Virus record (IMG/VR): IMGVR_UViG_3300042197_004075
Location: 11,061-75,060 of that record
Strand: one strand, 5' to 3'
From: a virus
DNA length: 64,000 bases
Part shown: positions 57,960 through 64,000 of the stretch, in pieces
Numbering within the stretch: position 1 is the stretch's first letter
Layout: each line of letters begins with the position of its first letter
Notes under the pieces: generated by a model
What the model saw: only the letters and a program-made list of their open reading frames with translations
Told to the model about the DNA's origin: nothing
The model's database searches: none
Program-made: the position numbers and the translations under genes

Positions 57960-59723
57960 ATGAAGCGCAAACTCATTAATTATGATGTCTTTAAGGCGAT
58001 TGAAAATAATTCAATTCGTCAAGCAGAAAAGGAATTGACTGAAAATGTCGATTCAATTGCAAAAGCCATTGGTCGTGAAAACATCGATCTCTATACAATC
58101 AACGAGAACGATGCCACCTTCACTACCGACTCTGGCACCCTTATTCATGCAACTTATCTTGTCAATGACGATAGCTTAATTCTTGAAAACATCGAGGAAC
58201 TCGTTGTTGATCAGGAATCACAGCTTAACGAAGGCAAGAAATTTCTCGATGAGATGGTTGATAAAATCCTTGAAGATCGTAACGATCTTGCAAGTGATGC
58301 ATTTTCAAACTATTTTTCTCTCCCCCTCATCAGGTCAAACCTTCAGGAAGGTGTCATCAACGAAGCAAAGAAAGGCAAGAAGATGCCAGCTTGGTTGTTG
58401 GAACGCTTCAAAGGCAAAAAACACAAGAAACATAAAAAAATGAGCAAAAGAGAAGAAAAACTTGGCAAACACAAGAACAAAAGGAACAAGCACATTGGCT
58501 CCAAGATTCCCGCCAAGAAACTTGTTGAGTGGAATAACCTTGCAAAAAATATCCTTGAATTCGTTGATTTCAAGGAAAACGGATTTGTCAATAATTTCAG
58601 CGTAGCCCGTGACGCAAGCGGAAATGTAACATCAATCAAAATTCCTCGTTCAAGACTTCAGAATGAAGCCAAGATTCTTGGATTCAAGTGGAAGACACTA
58701 AACACCGAAGTCATGGATCAAAGGGATCTTTCAAAGTGCCTTGGAAAGAATGAACTTTGGGGCAAAGCTTGCGCCGACATGAAGAAATTTAATGCAATGT
58801 CCGATGGTGCAAAACTTGAAGAAACCATCGAAAATGTCGTTGCGGCATGGCCTCACATTATCTATCTCACCGAATCGGAACTCGCCAATCTTATCAAGGA
58901 CACCCTTGTAAGTGAAGGCATTCGCAATTTCGATGACGAAGTGTGCCAATTCATTGCAGAAGGTGTACTTCGTACAGCTTTTGATAATTACAAGGACAAA
59001 GTCAATGGTATTTATAAGCTAGCTAATGTGTTTGAGAGCGGTGATTATGATCACTTCAAACTAGTTTCAGAAGCACTTTATGACAAACTTGATGAAGTTC
59101 GTCACGCTGAAGAAACTGCTCTTTCAGATCTTTACAAAGCTGTTAACGAAGTGGCAAGCGTTGCTGAAAGACATGGTGATAGCACCACCAAGCATGAAAT
59201 TGGCACTATTCTTGCAGGAATTGAAAACGCAATTCGCACAAATGCTGATAGCGTTGCAGTTATGGAAGAAGCAGCACTTCTTCTCAAGGGAACCGCTGAA
59301 ACCAATCTACCAATGTCAGGTACTTGGAATGTCAGCGATAAAGTTGAAGATACCATTACTGGCGAAGTCCCTGTTCTTAGCAAATATGCAAAAGAAGATG
59401 GATTCCCCGGAAAATATGCCTCAACTAAGGCTCCATTTGTTAGCGATGGAAAAAACTATCGCAAACAAGGTGTTGATGACCTAAAGAGCGGTTATCTCAC
59501 CATGAATGACAAAGATGTTTATCCAAATGTGAGCAACCCTTATGTTCCAAAAGCTGGCGATTTTAAGATTCATGGCGAAAAAACCATCGATGGAGATAGC
59601 GATCAACTAGCACACGATGGTGGTAACGACACATGGCCATCCTTGAAAAATCCCTACATTCCTTCAAACGGCATGGCGATGTCTGACAGCTTGAAGCTTT
59701 TGAAATCTAGCGAAAGGAGCTAA
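57960..59723 (+). CDS. prohead core protein
   Basis: Between portal and gp21; multiple LxE/INE sites; AGGAG RBS. Confidence 0.6.
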   Translation: MKRKLINYDVFKAIENNSIRQAEKELTENVDSIAKAIGRENIDLYTINENDATFTTDSGTLIHATYLVNDDSLILENIEELVVDQESQLNEGKKFLDEMVDKILEDRNDLASDAFSNYFSLPLIRSNLQEGVINEAKKGKKMPAWLLERFKGKKHKKHKKMSKREEKLGKHKNKRNKHIGSKIPAKKLVEWNNLAKNILEFVDFKENGFVNNFSVARDASGNVTSIKIPRSRLQNEAKILGFKWKTLNTEVMDQRDLSKCLGKNELWGKACADMKKFNAMSDGAKLEETIENVVAAWPHIIYLTESELANLIKDTLVSEGIRNFDDEVCQFIAEGVLRTAFDNYKDKVNGIYKLANVFESGDYDHFKLVSEALYDKLDEVRHAEETALSDLYKAVNEVASVAERHGDSTTKHEIGTILAGIENAIRTNADSVAVMEEAALLLKGTAETNLPMSGTWNVSDKVEDTITGEVPVLSKYAKEDGFPGKYASTKAPFVSDGKNYRKQGVDDLKSGYLTMNDKDVYPNVSNPYVPKAGDFKIHGEKTIDGDSDQLAHDGGNDTWPSLKNPYIPSNGMAMSDSLKLLKSSERS

Positions 59724-59724
59724 A

Positions 59725-60396
59725 GTGTCAAACAATATGCTTCTTGTTGACTGTTGCATGAACGGAGGCGTTGCCCTTTGCTTGAATGAGTCCTCAAATA
59801 GAGGACTCACCAAATTCAGAGGAAAATTCCAAGAGTCAAACAAACAAAACAAAAATGGTCGCATTTATACACACGATGCACTTGATCGCAATCTGAATAT
59901 GTTATCAGAAGTTATCAAGGCCCGTGGACTCGTAGGTGAACTTGATCACCCCACGGATAGCATTATTCACTTTGAAAAAGCATCCCATGTGGTCACAAAA
60001 CTATGGTGGGAAGGTTCTGTTATGATGGGCGAAGGCGAAATCCTTAACACCCCTCATGGTAAAATTCTTAAAGCTCTTATCAATGACGGAGTTAGAGTAG
60101 GTATCTCATCCCGTGGCGTTGGTAGTGGCAAGGTTGATTCAAATGGTGTTCTCGTCATCAGCGAATCATACAAATTAATCACATTTGATGCCGTTGCTGA
60201 TCCTTCAACTTTCCAAGCATTTCAACAGAAAGTTACCAAGGAAAGTAATCAAAACACCGAAAATTATCATAATTTCAACAATTTTTCTGAGAGAAATGCA
60301 AGCTACGGCATAAATAGAGTAAACAAAGAAGCTCTTATTGCTTGCTTGCATGGGATTGTTCAAGAGAAAACCAATAACATTTTAGGGAGATTTTAA
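59725..60396 (+). CDS. prohead protease gp21
   Basis: NKNGRIY, GELDHP, TPHG, GISSRGVGS, FDAVADPS. Confidence 0.95.
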   Translation: MSNNMLLVDCCMNGGVALCLNESSNRGLTKFRGKFQESNKQNKNGRIYTHDALDRNLNMLSEVIKARGLVGELDHPTDSIIHFEKASHVVTKLWWEGSVMMGEGEILNTPHGKILKALINDGVRVGISSRGVGSGKVDSNGVLVISESYKLITFDAVADPSTFQAFQQKVTKESNQNTENYHNFNNFSERNASYGINRVNKEALIACLHGIVQEKTNNILGRF

Positions 60397-60398
60397 CA

Positions 60399-61289
60399 AT
60401 GGACAAAATTATTAATTCTTTGAAGAAGATTCTTCCAGATGATCAGGTTTCTGATGTCGCTTCAGCAGTATCCGAAATGCTAAGTGAAGCCCGTCAGCAA
60501 ATGGAATCTGAATATAATAAGAATCTTGAAGAGGCCTATGCATCTCTTTCAGCAGAAGTTGCTGAAACCGAGAAAACAGCTTATCAAGGCTACAACGAAG
60601 CCTATGCTATTATTTCTGATCTTCAATCTCGTCTTGAAACCCAAAAACAAGAGTTTGAAAAGACCCTTGAAGAAGGTTATGAAGAAGCATACCAAATGTT
60701 GTTGGCAGAAAGAAGTTCAAAGAACAATGTCGAATCTGATCTTTATGAAGAATATGATCAGAAACTAGCCGACATGAAGAACTATATCGTCGATAAAGTC
60801 GATGAATTCCTCCAAATTAAGGGCACAGAAATTTACGAACAAGCCAAGAGAGATCTTCTTAGCGATCCTCGTATGGTCGAACACAAGGTTGCTTTGGACA
60901 AGATTGTTTCCATCGCAAGCGACTACCTCACCGAAGACGAGGCTTTCTTTGCCACATCATCCAAACTCGATGAAGCCAAGAAGTCCGTTGACGAACTCCG
61001 TGGCCAATTGAGGATCATGGAAGCCCGCAACATTCGTCTTAGCACCGAAAATACCAAGCTAAACGAAAGCGTTCGCAGAGCTTCAAACATGATCAACGAA
61101 AATCGTCAGATCATGGCCGAATCCAAAAGGGCCAAGGTCATCAACGAACAGAAAGAGCGAAGTGTTAAAGCAAGAAGTGCAAGCGGGAAGGGACAGTTGG
61201 TCACCGAAAATGTTCAGGTTATTGCTGAATATGCAAATGGTGGCGATAACGATTTGCTTGTTCTTTCAGGCGTTCATAAAGCTAAGTAA
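60399..61289 (+). CDS. prohead scaffold gp22-like
   Basis: Acidic coiled coil between gp21 and gp23. Confidence 0.8.
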   Translation: MDKIINSLKKILPDDQVSDVASAVSEMLSEARQQMESEYNKNLEEAYASLSAEVAETEKTAYQGYNEAYAIISDLQSRLETQKQEFEKTLEEGYEEAYQMLLAERSSKNNVESDLYEEYDQKLADMKNYIVDKVDEFLQIKGTEIYEQAKRDLLSDPRMVEHKVALDKIVSIASDYLTEDEAFFATSSKLDEAKKSVDELRGQLRIMEARNIRLSTENTKLNESVRRASNMINENRQIMAESKRAKVINEQKERSVKARSASGKGQLVTENVQVIAEYANGGDNDLLVLSGVHKAK

Positions 61290-61308
61290 CTAAAGAAAGG
61301 TAACTAAA

Positions 61309-62745
61309 ATGAGTCTTAATAGTGCATATCTTAATCAGGCTAAAGAACTTGAGAATCGTTGGGCAAAAACTGGCCTCCTCAAGGGCATTGATGACACTCA
61401 TGCCCGTGCAGCAACCGCTGTTCTTCTTGAGAACCAGAGATTGATCAACGAAGTCTCAACTGACACCGCCGATGTGGCCCAATTCAAGAGGATTTCAATT
61501 CCTCTTGTTCGTCGTATTTACCCACAGTTGATCGCTAATAAAATTGTTAGCGTTCAGCCACTACTTGGCCCCACCGGCCTTGTCTATTATCTCCGCTTCC
61601 GTTACTCCTCAAACAAGGGTAGCATTCGTGGAGCGTCAAACAACGGAGGTTTCCCAACCGACGATGTGAACTCACTCCAGCAGCTTGCTGATGGTACTGC
61701 CAACCTTGATGTTTACTACTCATCACAGTTTGTGCAGAACGAAACCACCAGTACTGATGGTGGCGATGATACTACCAGTACCTTCAGCCCATTGGAACAC
61801 ACCCCAATCCTCGCTGGAACAATTACTGGTACTGTCTATGACGGAACCACCGCTATCCAGACATTCGTTGTCTCAACAAGCGGTACTTTCACCTTCACAG
61901 ATATTGGATCTCCTTCACCAAAGGCAACCGCTGGTAGCATTGACCTCACTACAGGTGAGTTTACTCTTACTTGGAACTCCGCCCCCGGCGATAACTATTG
62001 CGTCCTAAGCTACGAGTATAATTTAGAATGCAATCAGGATCTCCCAGAAATCAATCTTGTCATCGAATCTGAAGAGATCGCTGCCAAGACCCGTAAGCTC
62101 AAGGCTGTTTGGTCATACGAAGCACAACAAGATCTTCGTAGCCAGCACAACCTCGACGCTGAAGCCGAGTTGACCGCTGTGCTTGCACAGGAAATCAACC
62201 TCGAAATCGACCGAGAAGTTCTTGGCGATCTTCGTAACAATGCTGGTACTGTTGCTGCATGGGATTTCTCAACTGCAATCGGCCAGACCATCAAGGAAAA
62301 GTATGAAGCCCTTTATGTGAAGATTATTGAAGTCTCCAATGTGATCCACAGGAAGACCCTCCGTGGTGGCGCAAACTTCATTGTGACCTCACCCGAAGTC
62401 GCTTCAATCTTTGAGACAGCAACCGCCGGTTTCGCTCCTGCTCCTTCTGAAACCTTCACCTCCTCCTTGGGTGTGCAGTATGTTGGAACAGTTGCAAACC
62501 GATATAGGCTCTACAAAGATCCACTATTCCCAACCTCGCAGCTTCTCATGGGCTACAAAGGAGATAGCTACATGGATAGCGGATACTTCTTCTGTCCTTA
62601 TGTGCCTCTAACTCAGACCCCAGTTGTCCTTGATCCAGAGTCCTTCTGCCCAAGGCGTGGTCTACTTACTCGGTACGGAAAAAAGTTGCTTCGTGAGGGA
62701 GCTAAATTTTACGCCAGACTCAGCATTGCAAACTTTAGAGTATGA
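61309..62745 (+). CDS. major capsid protein gp23
   Basis: LLENQ, IPLVRR, VQP, KTRKLKA, EAQQDL, EIDRE, FFCPYVPL, TRYG. Confidence 0.97.
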   Translation: MSLNSAYLNQAKELENRWAKTGLLKGIDDTHARAATAVLLENQRLINEVSTDTADVAQFKRISIPLVRRIYPQLIANKIVSVQPLLGPTGLVYYLRFRYSSNKGSIRGASNNGGFPTDDVNSLQQLADGTANLDVYYSSQFVQNETTSTDGGDDTTSTFSPLEHTPILAGTITGTVYDGTTAIQTFVVSTSGTFTFTDIGSPSPKATAGSIDLTTGEFTLTWNSAPGDNYCVLSYEYNLECNQDLPEINLVIESEEIAAKTRKLKAVWSYEAQQDLRSQHNLDAEAELTAVLAQEINLEIDREVLGDLRNNAGTVAAWDFSTAIGQTIKEKYEALYVKIIEVSNVIHRKTLRGGANFIVTSPEVASIFETATAGFAPAPSETFTSSLGVQYVGTVANRYRLYKDPLFPTSQLLMGYKGDSYMDSGYFFCPYVPLTQTPVVLDPESFCPRRGLLTRYGKKLLREGAKFYARLSIANFRV

Positions 62746-62770
62746 TTATTGCAAAATAGCTAACTCTACT

Positions 62771-62802
62771 GAAACCGCTTGGAAACAAGCGGTTTCTTTT
62801 TT
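62771..62802 (+). terminator. intrinsic terminator after gp23
   Basis: GAAACCGCTTG-GAAA-CAAGCGGTTTC followed by T run. Confidence 0.9.
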
Positions 62803-62967
62803 GTCTTTTTAGAGTTAGCCGTTTGCAAACAAACATATTGAATTAGAAATTTTCAAACTTGCATATAATTATGTTTGAAAATAATTTTTGTTTGAATATA
62901 ATAATAATGTGCCATAAGGATGGCATGAGTTTCATGTGATTTTGTTTGAACAATCGTTGAGGTTAAC

Positions 62968-63999
62968 ATGCAAAAAATAACAACAGAATATGTTAAAAAT
63001 CAATTTGCCAATCGTGGTTGGCAAATGCTTGATGCTTATTATGTTAATTCACAACATAAAATTAATTGTATTTGTGATAAAGGACATGAAACAACAATTA
63101 CATGGAACAATTTCCAAAGAAAACAAGGTTGTAGATATTGTGCTAGAAATATTAAGTTTACAATTGAAGAAGCAAAAAAAATATTTGCAGATAACAATTT
63201 GATTTTAACAGCCAAGGAATATAAAACAAACAATACACCTATGAGTTTTATTTGTTCATGCGGAACCAAAGATAAAATATCGTTAACATCTGTCAAAAAT
63301 GGTGCAAAATGTTTTGAATGCACAAAAAGAAAAATTGCACAAAGTAATAGAATGTCTGATGAAGAGTTATCAAATCGTTGTGATGATAAAAAATTCAAAT
63401 TTATAAGATCTTTTGTTAGCAAAGACAATGGTAGAACATATATTGAATATGTATGCCATTGTGGCAATCAGGCAAAAACTGGAATATATAATTTTAACAA
63501 AATAGTTAATTGTAAATTGTGTGGAATTAAAAAGAAAAGTGGTTCTAATTGTTATAAATGGAATCATGACAGAGGCGAGGTGCGAAATAGAAAAATAATT
63601 CGTAAACGGATAAGTAATATAATTGCTAGGTGTTTATTTAAATCTAATACTGAAAAGACTTCAAGCACAATAAAATTGTTGAAATATCATCCCAATCAAC
63701 TTAAAGAAAAAATAATGTTGCAAGTTGCAGAAAAAGGACTTGAGAATAAAGAATGGCATGTAGATCATATATTTCCTGTTCAGGCTTTCATTGATCATCA
63801 AATTTACGATTTAAGTTTAATAAATCATTTAGATAATCTTCAAGTATTATCTAAAGATGAAAATCTTGTAAAATATGATAAATATGATGAAGAAAAATTC
63901 TTAGCATGGTTGGCAGAAAAAACAAAAAATGAAACAATTGGTGATTTTTTACAATCTAATTCTGTAGAGTTTAAATTAACAAATTGTTTTGAAACCAAA
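62968..63999 (+). CDS. zinc-ribbon HNH endonuclease, truncated by right edge
   Basis: GAGG RBS, MQKITTEYV..., repeated CxxGH/CxxC modules, WHVDHIFP...NLQVL...N. Confidence 0.8.
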   Translation, partial: MQKITTEYVKNQFANRGWQMLDAYYVNSQHKINCICDKGHETTITWNNFQRKQGCRYCARNIKFTIEEAKKIFADNNLILTAKEYKTNNTPMSFICSCGTKDKISLTSVKNGAKCFECTKRKIAQSNRMSDEELSNRCDDKKFKFIRSFVSKDNGRTYIEYVCHCGNQAKTGIYNFNKIVNCKLCGIKKKSGSNCYKWNHDRGEVRNRKIIRKRISNIIARCLFKSNTEKTSSTIKLLKYHPNQLKEKIMLQVAEKGLENKEWHVDHIFPVQAFIDHQIYDLSLINHLDNLQVLSKDENLVKYDKYDEEKFLAWLAEKTKNETIGDFLQSNSVEFKLTNCFETK

Positions 64000-64000
64000 C

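Noticed and set aside
62990-63567. Short track ORFs after gp23
   Set aside because: Superseded by the long open frame from 62968
1-64000. Stop-codon reassignment, tRNAs, group I introns, reverse transcriptase
   Set aside because: Core genes are intact in code 11 and end in TAA, TAG or TGA; no cloverleaf, intron-split gene or YxDD RT was recognised by eye (tRNAscan/Infernal not run)

Overview
A 64-kb, AT-rich segment of a large T4-like myovirus (probably a jumbo phage) genome read in the standard genetic code. It contains replication, recombination and nucleotide-metabolism genes: gp41-like helicase, UvsY-like, UvsW, Dda/RecD-like, gp46/gp47, Holliday junction resolvase, dCMP deaminase, intein-split class II RNR, and an unusually short family-A DNA polymerase. 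It also contains a gp55-like late sigma factor, a tail/neck module (chaperone with a -1 frameshift, two tube genes, sheath, gp13/14/15) and the head module (intein-split portal, core, gp21, gp22, gp23). The most notable structures are: (i) a 460-bp non-coding locus next to polA, where two convergent sigma-54-type promoters (a 25-bp inverted repeat) enclose two perfect C-GAA-G triloop hairpins and a 10x 9-bp array, a candidate transcription-primed origin; (ii) about a dozen scattered orphan genes sharing a T4 internal-protein-like capsid-targeting N-terminus; (iii) a TANATA-N5/6-ATG architecture suggesting leaderless late mRNAs, including one palindromic box shared by two divergent genes; (iv) a stand-alone McsA zinc-finger fragment. 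All product calls come from motif recognition by eye; no database searches were run. No tRNA, rRNA or CRISPR array was seen.
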